Below, piece by piece: positions 1 to 11,422 of a DNA stretch of 35,993 nucleotides. Every line of letters begins with the position of its first letter. Position 1 is the first letter of the stretch. Origin of the DNA: Octopus bimaculoides. Its lineage: Eukaryota. The notes under the pieces are model-generated. The model was not told where the DNA came from and made no database searches. It saw only the letters and a program-made list of their open reading frames with translations. The stretch lies in NCBI RefSeq assembly GCF_001194135.2, contig NC_068989.1, positions 37,652,416 through 37,688,408 of the forward strand. Reading direction: 5' to 3'. Made by a program: the position numbers and the translations under genes.

Positions 1-46
<46 letters not shown>

Positions 47-285
47 ATATATATGCACTCACAATATCTGCTTGTCCACACACACATACGCACATACTTA
101 TGTATATATAGATGTATATACATATATGTATACATAAATACATATATGTGTACATATATATGTGTGTGTGTATATGTGTATATATAACTATATGTGTATG
201 TATATATATATATATATATATTTATATATACAAACACAATATATATACATATATACATATATATTTGTGCATGTGTGTATGTGTG
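1..285. repeat. Compound (AT)n/(AC)n/(GT)n microsatellite
   Basis: Directly visible dinucleotide runs. The ORF at 112-315 is a translation of this repeat. Confidence 0.95.
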
Positions 286-406
286 GGGGGCATGAATGAT
301 GATATTCTTAATTAACTGAATCTGACAGAGCCCAGGAGAAGAAGTGTTACCTTAAAATATTACAGCCGAAGTTGGAATTCAAACGAAATAATAACTTGTT
401 TCAGTT

Positions 407-585
407 TTAGGGAATAGTCGATTACCTCGATCCCAGAACATCACTGATATTTATTTTATCGGCTCCCAAAAGAACGAAAGGCAAAAATCGACAGCTGTAG
501 AATTTTTACTCAGAACGTAGACAGACGAAATGTCAGTAAGCATTGTGTCCGACGTGCTAACGGTTCTTTCAGCTGGTCGCCTTAA
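407..585 (-). mobile_element. Diverged tRNA-derived SINE (family A, octopus-type)
   Basis: Aligns by eye to the copies at 15746-15960 and 16001-16219 (gtcgattac..gatcccag..ttatcg..aaaggcaaa..tcgac..tactcagaacgt..gtccgacgtgctaac..gccttaa). The tRNA-like head reads on the minus strand. Confidence 0.8.
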
Positions 586-3211
586 CGTGTCTAGTAATAA
601 TAAACAATAATATTTTGTCAGCTCAGAAGTATTGCGGGATAAATAGCGTAGGGTTGTAGGAGGCTCAGTTATCCACCACTAAAAATGAAGGTTTATCCTC
701 ACTAGAAACAAAATATTTTGAATTTCAGCCTGTGAAAATCAAGAAATTCAGCACTTTTAGCCACTTAATACCGAGAAATTTTTACTCCAACACTGATGTC
801 TTCTGAAAAGCTTGAACAACAAACCTCTCTTCTCCAAACTGAATAAACCATTTGATATGATTTCAGACATCCACATAAATAGGTGCAAAGGGACGAGAAA
901 ATGACTCTTATGATTTAAGGATATTATCAGCATGCTCTTCAAACAATCCTGGTTTTCTCTTTAATCTGATTTCTACACTCTTTAAAATCCGAACCCCACC
1001 AAAATATATATCCTTTAAATTCAAATTCCAACTTTAGTTACAATGTTTTTCATATTCTTTTTCTTGTTGTTACTTTACCAGGTTCATTTCATTATTAATA
1101 TTATCATACCTGCTTCAGTAGTTTTATCAAATTCAAATGAAAAATGATATCTTTTCCACCTAAACTTACTCATATAGCTACTATTTTTGCACCCAAATTT
1201 TACTCCAATGAAGTTGAGATTTAATGCCTAAAACCCGTTCTTTACAAATGGTTTATCAAACACACATACTTTTGAAATACTGGAAAATCGGAAAATTTTT
1301 AGCTTGTGAAACGCTACCGTTCACATAACCTTCACTACACGAACATCTATGTAGAATCAAAGCGAAACTAGGAGAACTTAAATGGGTTATATGCTACTCC
1401 TCTTCTCTGCACTATTTACTGAAGTATATTTACAAGCCTTCAATGCCACAAAATTTCTTAGTGGTCACCCTCAAATTTGACCGCGATTTCATTCATTAGC
1501 GTTTTAAGTTGTATGGATTTTAACATGATTGTAGTAATAGATTCTTCCCAATTGAGCTTTTGAGAAAACACAACTATACTAATTTTTTCTAAAGCAACGA
1601 AAATGTAGTAATTTGAACCGATATGAGTCGTTGTTTCCTTTACTATCTGACCATCTTTTGCCTCATCACTTGAAACTTGGTTTGCAGAAATAATAAAGAA
1701 GTAAGGAAACTATGTGGTGTAGAAGTTACATCTATGTGTTGCTCTCTTGCATTTGAGTAGTTATTTTTATCATAACATTTTTAGCTAGCCAATTTTCTGT
1801 ATATTTCAAAATGTAGTTTCCCTTTTCAATACAATTAATCGCATTTAATTTGGTCAAGAGTCGAAATAGCTTGAGGGTGTTGAAGTGATCGAGAAAAGGT
1901 AAGTGTTGACCTTAAGAATATTAGTCATCTTCCGTGAGTGAACCATGTACACTCAAAAGTTTGAATACAAAAATGAAATTTAGTTTCCTTTTCCTTCCTT
2001 ATGTTTCCATATGTGTTGCAGTGGAATCGAGTGGGTGACTAGATGCGACGAAGCATTTAATCACAAATAATAAATACTTATGAGAAGTTAACGGTTTTTG
2101 TGTGTTTGTCTTCGATTCTGTAACGCTGTAATTGTTTGATACAAAAATAAATACAAGCATATAGTCAGGAACAAAAGAATATTTTTCGTGTCCCAAGAAA
2201 GAAAATATTTAATTGTGCTAACTGATATATAATGAAACTGATATAAATTATGTCCGTGTACTTCGGTGTGACATGCAGTTTTTATTTTATGCGGTGTGTG
2301 GTTTAATTTTTATGGAGCCATACACAATTGTTAAAATACGATGGCAAAAATATATATGTAATTTACAAAGTAGCTTGGTTTGATTTTTTTTACTCTTCTT
2401 TGCGTCAAGGATGACTCTACCCGCAGTCCAGGTTGAAGTATATATTTAGTTAGTTGAGTGACTATGAAAAGCAACACTGTTGATACATTGGCTTGGGTAT
2501 TGTTGTTGTGGGGAGCTACGAGTAGATTGTTCCGTAAATAGTTCGAGCAACTACCTTGCATTTTATAACGACTCATCACATTTTAGTTTCAAATCTTGCT
2601 GTGAACGACGTTACCGGGCATTCTTCTGTTAAATCAATCAAAATGACTGTAAGATTTTGTTTGTTTTTAATGCCTTAGAAATGGAAGTGAATGGCCATAA
2701 CTATTTCCGAGGCTTCCTAAGTAGGTAGATAACTTCATACCAAAGATCTAACCCAAATGTTTCTAACAGAATGAATTCCACTGGAAGTACTTAAGAGTCA
2801 ATGATGTTGTAAAAACAGATGACAAATTAAGGCTCTTACACAAGACCTGCCCTCTATCAGAATTGCACACAGTTTCCATCAATCAAATTTCAATCATAAG
2901 ATTTTAGTGACCTCATGCTGAGGCAGAAGTTATTTGCACATAAGGCCACGTAGTTGGAGTCAATCTAAATCCACGTAGTTGCGATGCGAACTTTTCAACT
3001 ATGAATGCCTTAACTACACAGCCATGCCTGCTTTTATTAATTTCCTCTAAGCTTAACATATTTGACTGTTTAACTAGTTTCTTTAACTAGTTTCTTGCAC
3101 TGTTTATCCCGTGTTGGGTAAGGAGTAAACGCCAAAAGATAAATAAATCATTTGCATATATGGAGAGAGATGGAGAGGGGATAGAGAGAAAAAGAAAGAG
3201 ATGGTTCATAA

Positions 3212-3279
<68 letters not shown>
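3212..3279. repeat. (AT)n-(GT)n microsatellite
   Basis: Directly visible. Confidence 0.95.
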
Positions 3280-3283
<4 letters not shown>

Positions 3284-3759
3284 CATACGATACATTATTA
3301 AACTGACAAACTATTAATTTCATGCACATTTGAATTAAATAGCCAAGCAACAAAAATTTGTAATTCATGTTTCATTCTTCATTTTATTCGATCAGAGCTA
3401 CAAGACAGCAAGAAACGGTACATTAAGTATCTAGCTCTCTTTCTTATGGTAGTTAATGACAATTCATTAGGTTTTAAGTTCAAATCATGCTATAGTATTC
3501 GTTTAATTTCATTCTTTTGAGAAATCAAGTATCCATGTTGATTAAATCAATTATACGGTTTCCTTAAAAGTGTCGGTCCTGAACCAATGTTTGAAGCACC
3601 GTTTACTGTAATAAGCGAATCATTCATATACATAGAAAACATTTTAATGCGAGTACGCATTCCTGTTTAACCACTGATGGTGTAAAATTCAGGAGTAAGT
3701 TCATCCTCGTAAGACACTCTCCCTTTCATGCCAGGAAGTCAAAAAACATAACCATCTGG

Positions 3760-4110
3760 TTGAAAAGGTCTGGGCAAGTGAATTTCTTCGAAACGCAACA
3801 TTCCGCCTACGGATCTGGAAACTCTTGCTGCGGATCGAGGCAAACAGCAGACAATCTGCTATCAAGCTTGTGAAACGGCTGAGATAAGACGTCGTCAGTG
3901 GCCCAAGGAGTATCCAGCGAGGAATGCTGCGGCTACTGCTAGATCGCCTCCGAGCACCCAGGTCATTGCTTCTTTGTCCGACCAGTTGAAAGCTTTACTG
4001 CTCGGGTTTTGGTCTCCGCTTACATCAGCGTGTGCACCAACTGCGTTCAGTACCAGCTTGGAAGGATGTCGTCGTCATCATCAGTGCACCAACGAAGCGC
4101 GAAAGCATAC
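3760..4110 (+). mobile_element. RTE-clade LINE, 3'-end relic with degenerate C2H2 zinc finger
   Basis: From 3794 the frame reads RNIPPTDLETLAADRGKQQTICYQACETAEIRRRQW, resembling the RTE C-terminal WExxAxDRxxW motif. 3975-4037 reads CPTS*KLYCSGFGLRLHQRVH, a decayed CxxC...HxxxH finger. Confidence 0.7.
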
Positions 4111-4231
4111 ACAGGCAGATATGATACATTAAGTGGTAGGAGCCATGAACGAAAATTTTGGCCATTGAGTCACTTAGGCGATTAGAAACAGAATATGCAT
4201 ACGTACATATATATATATATATATATATATA

Positions 4232-5028
4232 NNNNNNNNNNNNNNNNNNNNNNNNNNNNNNNNNNNNNNNNNNNNNNNNNNNNNNNNNNNNNNNNNNNNN
4301 NNNNNNNNNNNNNNNNNNNNNNNNNNNNNNNNNNNNNNNNNNNNNNNNNNNNNNNNNNNNNNNNNNNNNNNNNNNNNNNNNNNNNNNNNNNNNNNNNNNN
4401 NNNNNNNNNNNNNNNNNNNNNNNNNNNNNNNNNNNNNNNNNNNNNNNNNNNNNNNNNNNNNNNNNNNNNNNNNNNNNNNNNNNNNNNNNNNNNNNNNNNN
4501 NNNNNNNNNNNNNNNNNNNNNNNNNNNNNNNNNNNNNNNNNNNNNNNNNNNNNNNNNNNNNNNNNNNNNNNNNNNNNNNNNNNNNNNNNNNNNNNNNNNN
4601 NNNNNNNNNNNNNNNNNNNNNNNNNNNNNNNNNNNNNNNNNNNNNNNNNNNNNNNNNNNNNNNNNNNNNNNNNNNNNNNNNNNNNNNNNNNNNNNNNNNN
4701 NNNNNNNNNNNNNNNNNNNNNNNNNNNNNNNNNNNNNNNNNNNNNNNNNNNNNNNNNNNNNNNNNNNNNNNNNNNNNNNNNNNNNNNNNNNNNNNNNNNN
4801 NNNNNNNNNNNNNNNNNNNNNNNNNNNNNNNNNNNNNNNNNNNNNNNNNNNNNNNNNNNNNNNNNNNNNNNNNNNNNNNNNNNNNNNNNNNNNNNNNNNN
4901 NNNNNNNNNNNNNNNNNNNNNNNNNNNNNNNNNNNNNNNNNNNNNNNNNNNNNNNNNNNNNNNNNNNNNNNNNNNNNNNNNNNNNNNNNNNNNNNNNNNN
5001 NNNNNNNNNNNNNNNNNNNNNNNNNNNN
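4232..5028. other. Assembly gap (N run) flanked on the left by (AT)n
   Basis: N run. Other gaps: 15232-15413, 29107-29116, 29627-30131, 33114-33658, 34362-35242. Confidence 1.
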
Positions 5029-5350
5029 AGAGCAATAGTCTAGGCGGCTCAGAACAAATGCCTTCCATAGAGTCAACATGACTTTTTGATCCCTTCTTCG
5101 GAATGTCCTTAGTATCCACCCTGCCAGTTGTCTGCACTTTGCTGTCAACTTGATAATGTGCATGTGAAATGATGTATCACTACACATGTTGATGTCCAGG
5201 TCTCTTACTGTTTGTGGTTCTGGGATTGCAGTACCTCCAGGTCCTGTGTATGCCAGTTGGGAGGCACTTGTGGCCTTGTAGCGCAGTACTTGAAATTTTT
5301 TGCATTGAACTGCATATTATTTTGCTCTGCCCACTTGTATATTGCACTTG
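5029..5350 (-). mobile_element. CR1/L2-group LINE reverse-transcriptase C-terminal fragment
   Basis: With one frameshift, the minus strand reads AIYKWAEQNNMQFNAK/FQVLRY...VRDLDINMCSDTSFHMHIIKLTAKCRQLAGWILRTFRRRDQKVMLTLWKAFVLSRLDYCS. This matches the CR1-type W...M.FN..K / RDLG / F..HI / LY..LV.P.LEYCS pattern. It runs into the gap. Confidence 0.85.
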
Positions 5351-5351
5351 C

Positions 5352-5672
5352 ATATATATATGTATGTATGTATATATATGTATGTTTGTGTGTATATATA
5401 TATATATATATAATTCATAAATATTGTTCTGCACACATTCAGTTAGAAATAAACATTTTTGAAATACATAGAAGCAACAAACATTTACTGACTCATTTCA
5501 TATATGGAGTCTGATATTTATTATTATATTATTGATTCGCCCGCTAGATAGCTTAATCAAGCAGTTTGAATAAAACGCATATTCGGGAAATCTTCGAAGT
5601 TACTAACAATAAAATTATTACAAATAATATTTGCGCATATCTACGCATATGTTTGTGTGAATGCGTGTATGC

Positions 5673-5725
<53 letters not shown>

Positions 5726-5886
5726 TGTGTGCGTGTGAATGTATCTCACTATGTTCATAAAAATCGTCATTTTAGTTATTGCTTTCATCTATATTTTTGT
5801 ATTTTTTGTATTTCATTTTCAGCTTACTTGTTCATATGCATTCATACCCTCATAGGCACATGCATATATTTCAACATACATTCATG

Positions 5887-5935
<49 letters not shown>

Positions 5936-6300
5936 ACTTGTATGTACATATGTATGTGTATATGTGCGTTTTACAAATATATATATATATATATACACAC
6001 ATACATATGTTTACATGTATATACATATGTATATATATATATATATAATGATATATATGTACTTATATTTATACTGAGATATATATATATATATTTACGA
6101 ATATATAAATATATACAGTATATATATAGATATTTTGTATATATTATATACATGTAATAATATATATTTATTTTTATTACTATGTGATATATAAATAAAT
6201 AAATAAATAAATCTATATATATACACACATTTATAAATATAGTGAGCGTGTGTGTGCGCATGTGTGTGTATGTGCGCTCGCGCACACGCGTGCTTGAGTG
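5352..6300. repeat. Microsatellite-dense tract: (AT)n, (TATG)n, (GT)n 5676-5724, (CA)n 5889-5930, mixed GT/GC run 6246-6293
   Basis: Directly visible. It accounts for the ORF-track hits between 5566 and 6306. Confidence 0.9.
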
Positions 6301-6859
6301 TGACAAGTTTCTGTACAGTTAGCGTGAAGAAAATTCCATTTACTCTATATTGGTCTCTGTCCTATATTATTTGCAACACAACCATGTTGCCCACCTATTC
6401 TTTCGATGATATTTGTATTTTAAGAGAGCTCTGAATGCCATTTACTCAGTGAGTATTTAATATTTCGACGAAGAACCAAGATTGGATATGCAATAAAATA
6501 TAAAAATTGGCTGCAGTTTCAGATATATTTCATTTGATAAGTTCAACACTTGGCTACTAAATACCATAAAAAAGTTTTTATGCCAGGAAAATCAAAAAAT
6601 TTCATCTAATAATTTGTTTCTTTTCTCTATGAATCAAGAACTTATCTGCAGGAATATTTTTGTCGCTTTCTTTCGCTGCAGTTTGGAAATTTAATAGAGA
6701 TTTCGGGGTTTTTTTTTGTTTTTTTTTTGTCGTGCGCCCCAAATTTGTCTAGACTAAGCATATCTATGATTATAGAAATTCAATCTGTAACCATTTCGTC
6801 CTTTTCATGCGTATTGCATACGTAGAATTACGTTATCTAACTACATTAACCTCCATTTT

Positions 6860-8100
6860 CGAGATGACTGGATGTAATTACAGAAAGATTGGGTACTATT
6901 TCTAGTGGGTCGAGTGACCCTTCATTGAGGGACCATCGTTGTCTCACAAACAAGTTCTTGCCGTTTAACTCTGAAAGTCAACCGTGCAGTCCGACTCTTG
7001 ATCATAATTTGTTAATATTTAATACTTTTGGACAGAATATTGGTGAAAGTTTCAAATATCTCTGTATAAATCATTTGTTTCCTTAATGGGACGTAATGCT
7101 TTGATTGATTCTTGAGTTTTCTTCTGGTTTCCGTTTCCCAATTGCGATTCATTCTTCGATGCATTGATTCTCTCCTTAAAGGGTTATGTAAAGTATCATA
7201 TACTTTTGGTGACTGCGCTTCCTTTTATATAATGGAAAATATCTCTACGCTAGTTTTGGTATATAATTTTGTTGAATTCCGAGAACACTGCCTAATACCA
7301 TGAGGTTTCAGTTCTTGATTTACAGGTTCACACTGCTGTAATTTGATCTTCTGTAAATATCTTAATTGATCGGCAAATGTTACATATCTTCCCGAGGCAA
7401 ATATGTCGTTTAAGTTAATTATATACATAAACTTCTCTTAACGAGATGGTGCATTTATAGAGTCAGTTTTCTCGCTCTACAGCTGGAGAGAATTTCTTGT
7501 AATATAATTTGATTTTTGAACATAGATGTAATATGAAATCGAACATTCCCTTATGATTTTCAGAAACCAAATTTTGAAGCCTCATTTTAAAATATTTAAT
7601 ATGCAGTCAATATTAAATTTTTAATTATATCTAATCTTCTTCTATTGGTTTGAGAAAAATATCAGTTTACATTTCTCAAACGAATGTAGTTGGAAAAGAA
7701 CGAGAGAAAGGAAGGAAAATGATATACAATATCGTCTTGGAAAGGTAATAATCTAGTTACCGTTCTTCTAATTAGGTTTCTTTTAATGAAATTCAAAAAT
7801 ATTACGGTTTGTAATTACACGAAACTCTGTAAAAGGTATCCAAACACTTTCAAGTCATCAACGAAAGAAGAGACAGCTGGGACACACATTTTGGATATGT
7901 TAATACTAAATCAAGATAGGTCTTTTGGTTCTGTATGCCCTTGAATATAACATGAAACTTTGTATAACTTTCTTTGGAGTAAAATTGGTCGCTCTTGAAC
8001 CCAAACTTGAAAGCTCTTGCTTAATTTGATCCCTCCTTGCAGATGAATACTTGTCCAACACATTTAATGAGTTGACAAACTTCGATTTACTGACTTTGCC
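6860..8100 (-). mobile_element. Highly degenerate CR1-like LINE RT relic (tentative)
   Basis: Motif remnants occur in the expected order on the minus strand: KRPILI (~NYRPIS), LPFQDDIVYH (~LDFxKAFDxVxH), FMYIINLND...VTFADQLRY (~LFxIYINDL...FADD), TMVP..VTRP (~TMLxLYxxLVRP). Many stops and frameshifts. Confidence 0.4.
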
Positions 8101-9080
8101 CAAGCAATGAGGAAGCGTAAGAATGTAAAGAAGGCGTAATTTGTCACACAGAGCGATCTCCAGAGATATTTTCCTTCAGTCATATTGTTGATATTCATAA
8201 TCAGTCTCTGATCTTCTATAAATGTTAATGGGTAAACATTGCATCACTGAGGACGTCTAACGAGATCGAAGCGTTTTGCTTTCACCAGCCTCCTTTAAAA
8301 TTGTGATCTACTCTTAACGGTATTGCTTTTGCATTTAAAAAATAGATTAATTATTCTTATTTGAATTATTCTCCTTTTATTGTTACTGCTAGACAGATAC
8401 CAGATAATGACATCACTAACGAAGAACAAGGTCTCAAAGTTATAGGAGGGTATGATACTCAGGTATCTCTGAAATACGTCGGTGCTATTAAATGGCGGCA
8501 ACTAGGAAGTGAAATAGTGTACTCGATTCATAGAATGCTTACCTTTTATTCTCTGGCATTTACTACGATTAATATCCAATATTTACAAGCATAATGAAAA
8601 TTAATTGTTGAAGGCATTAATTACAGACAGATACAGTAATATAATTTCATATTCGACCATACACGTACGCGTATATACATACAATAGATACATAGACACA
8701 TATATATACACACACATATGTATGTATGTATGTATGTATGTACTCACACAGAATTCTCTTGACAATTTGCAGCTTTTGATTCCAGCCCTTCTTGTCTAAA
8801 GACGATTAATCATCTACTGTATGGCAAGACAAGTCAACGAAGGAGCTCCTACACAGTCGCTCTATTCGATAGAAATATCAACCAAACTGCTTTATCATCT
8901 CCCCACAAAATAAGGGCACATTAAACAATGTAGACAGATCTACAAATATACAATGCAAAACGACGAATCCGTTTGAGCTAAATTCGGTTTATATCATATT
9001 ATGTGTTGCAATCAACCTCAATCAATTTCCAGTTGAAATGCAACTATATGCGGTTCACGTTGTATGTAGAACCATACATG

Positions 9081-9088
9081 ATTGCTCG

Positions 9089-9123
<35 letters not shown>
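9081..9123. repeat. (AT)n microsatellite abutting the Penelope-like terminus
   Basis: Directly visible. Confidence 0.95.
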
Positions 9124-9124
<1 letters not shown>

Positions 9125-9470
9125 TTTATTTAAAAGCAGCAGAAATATAACAAAAAAACCGTTACTCTGAGTTTCACGTTCCCGTTCATCGGATAGTTTT
9201 ATTAGAAATGGATAAAGGATAACAATGCAATCGAAAGTAATATCAAATTTAAGACACATGGATTCGTTTGATTGGTTGTTTCAAATAAGGGCCATGGATT
9301 GGTCGTTTCAATTAACGGTCAATGATGCGTAATTCACAGACCAAATAAATTTAATACAGATTCACCTTATTAAAAAAATATCGAAGAAAACCTTAAATAG
9401 AAAAACGGGCTCCAAATACATATTATAGATAATTAATTATATTCGAATTAACGCATTAAAATCAAATCAA
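9124..9470 (-). mobile_element. Penelope-like element terminal repeat (pLTR) fragment
   Basis: On the minus strand: two CCAAT boxes, a minimal hammerhead motif, then AATAAA (9125-9130) directly before (AT)n. Minimal hammerheads in terminal repeats are an established Penelope-like element feature. The right boundary is approximate. Confidence 0.55.
9155..9200 (-). ncRNA. Minimal type I hammerhead ribozyme-like motif
   Basis: Minus strand: AAAACUAU-CCGAUGA-ACG(GGAA)CGU-GAAA-CU(CAG)AG-UA-ACGGUUUU. The core is CUGANGA with U4>C, plus GAAA, a GUA cleavage triplet and stems I, II and III. Confidence 0.65.
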
Positions 9471-9701
9471 TAGAATAAAGTATACGCTGCATTCAAAATA
9501 AAATAAAATAAAATAAAATAAAATTAAATAAAATTAAATTAAAGTTACAATAGCGTGTATGTATACAAGGCTATCCACAACATATATATATATATCTATA
9601 TATAAATATATACATCGAAATACACAGCTGCATACGCACAGACAATTTACGTATATAGGCCTATATTCACAAGGCACAGATATATACATAAGTACAAATC
9701 T

Positions 9702-9769
9702 ACACACATATACGCACACACGCATATAACCCGCTACACACATATCCGCACACACGCATATAACCCGCT
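9702..9769. repeat. 34-bp tandem duplication (one mismatch)
   Basis: acacacatatacgcacacacgcatataacccgct followed by acacacatatccgcacacacgcatataacccgct. Confidence 0.9.
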
Positions 9770-10173
9770 CCGGTATATATATATATATATATGTTATTTC
9801 ACTTTTTTTCTGTTACTAGTTAGAGAGAATTACAATTGGAAATCTTGAATTTTAATGGATTCCACTCTGTCTTTATTTCTCCGTTTTTTTTTATTTAAGA
9901 ATTTCTAACAAATGCTCTTTAGTTGTGGCAGGATTCGTAGCACTTTTAAAAGTTTAAGACCTTCCAGTGTTTAAGTTATTAACAAGGCATCTAGAACTCC
10001 TGTTGGTACTAATTCATAAAAAATAAAATCTTGGGTGGCGAGAGAAATTCATAGAGCTGCAGTTTTTGATATTTTACTATTAAAGCAGAAATTGAACATT
10101 TTAAAGTTTAGATTTGCTATTAGATTGAAATGCAGTAGGGCGGGGATAGGGAAAACATACCAGGTGGGTTTAA

Positions 10174-10393
10174 CCATTTGAACCATCGAGTACGCTTTAG
10201 CGGGCGCGATTTCGTTTGCCTGTACACCTAAAAATCGCAATAACAGGCAGCCTCGTGGTTTTGTGTTTACGACTAGTAGTAACAATGTTCCTACCAATTA
10301 TCAAGCTATAAACACAAAACTATATAGCTGCCGGCTTTTGTGTCTTCCAGGGTATAGTCAAACTAAAATGCGCGTACTCGTGAGTTCAAAGGG
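10174..10393. mobile_element. piggyBac-like MITE (220 bp) with TTAA target-site duplication
   Basis: TTAA at 10170-10173 and 10394-10397. The 22-bp imperfect TIRs are CCATTTGAACCATCGAGTACGC and CCCTTTGAACTCACGAGTACGC (18/22 identical). No ORF. Confidence 0.8.
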
Positions 10394-10478
10394 TTAAGTG
10401 CCGGTAACCATCTAGGTTAGTTTAACAGAAGTGGTTATAGTAATTCTGGAAGAAACAGAAAGCAGAAACAGTGTATTT

Positions 10479-10790
10479 GTGAAACATTAATGATTTGTAG
10501 GGACGCAGTATTTCGTTATGCAACCATAATATACTATAAAGTATAATGACTTGCATTAAACACATTCCTGGAAGCTGGAACATAAATAGGAATGACTTGT
10601 AGGGAGGCGGTATTTCGTTATGCAACCATAGAACATGGTATTAACTTATAAAAACGTTTAATATACTTTATAGTATATTATGGTTTCATAACGAAATACC
10701 GCGTCTCAAGTCCCGTGTCATTAATATTTATGTACCAGCTTCCAGGAATGTGTTTATATGTAAAATTAGTATATCCAACAATGTTTCACC
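10479..10790. mobile_element. Foldback/MITE-like element built from direct and inverted modules
   Basis: 10502-10545 is inverted at 10662-10705; 10557-10588 is inverted at 10725-10756; 10498-10527 is directly repeated at about 10599-10630; GTGAAACATT at 10479 is inverted near 10781-10790. Confidence 0.75.
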
Positions 10791-11028
10791 GCTGTATTTA
10801 GTATTTATTTTAAAAATGTGTTTGTGGATGATTAAGGGATTAGATGGGTGCTGATGAAGAGGCAAAAACTCCCGAAATATGGCATATACGTCCATTACCC
10901 TTTTTTTCCATCTTCGATCTTATTGTTGGTTTACGTCTGACGTCTTGGATACTGAACGTCATAACAAAAATCACTGCCTGCTATAATTGCTATAGAATAT
11001 CTGTAGAGAAAATGTGTGAAAAAAAGTG

Positions 11029-11096
11029 ATATGTGAAGCAAATCCGGCGAACCCTGGCAGAAACAGTACATATATGAAGCAAATCCGGCAAACCCT
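11029..11096. repeat. 27-bp direct repeat, 41-bp period
   Basis: atatgtgaagcaaatccggcgaaccct (11029-11055) and atatatgaagcaaatccggcaaaccct (11070-11096). Confidence 0.85.
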
Positions 11097-11340
11097 ACTA
11101 TTGTATGTATTAATAACTGTTTCCAGTATATCAAGGCACAAATTGCGCTTAAACAGGTGACAATCGGGTGCACAGCATTGACAGTCATAAAGAAAAGCGA
11201 AACAAATCTGTTGTTACGTTGAGTCACAGCACCGAAGATGCTCGACTCCTTATGATATATATTGTAGTTTTAACAAAAGTCTATGAAGAGATTTTATCTT
11301 AGACAATTCCAAAGCTTCATGCCTTCTAACGGTATATAAA

Positions 11341-11422
11341 TACATTTAATATGATTCACAGGTGATTTTAATTTAATGCCGTTTCAGTTGCGAACACTGA
11401 CTTATTCTACTGCCAGCAAGCG
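11341..11422 (+). repeat. Left copy of an approximately 82-bp duplication flanking the RTE (right copy 12363-12446)
   Basis: tacatttaatatgattcacaggtgatttt...ctactgccagcaagcg versus tacatttaatatgattcgcagatgatttt...ctactgcccggcaagcg, about 5 differences. Confidence 0.9.

Noticed and set aside
620-1450. Possible very old RT relic on the minus strand (EFDKT..., FLVPLHLFMWMSEIIS)
   Set aside because: Motif similarity is too weak and I found no clear QG or YADD motif.
1870-2907. Phase-compatible candidate exon pairs on the plus strand (donor at 1899 with acceptor at 2021; 2587-2648 with 2770-2907)
   Set aside because: The peptides are short, hit stops quickly and match no family I recognise. Such splice-like pairs arise easily in AT-rich DNA, so transcript evidence is needed.
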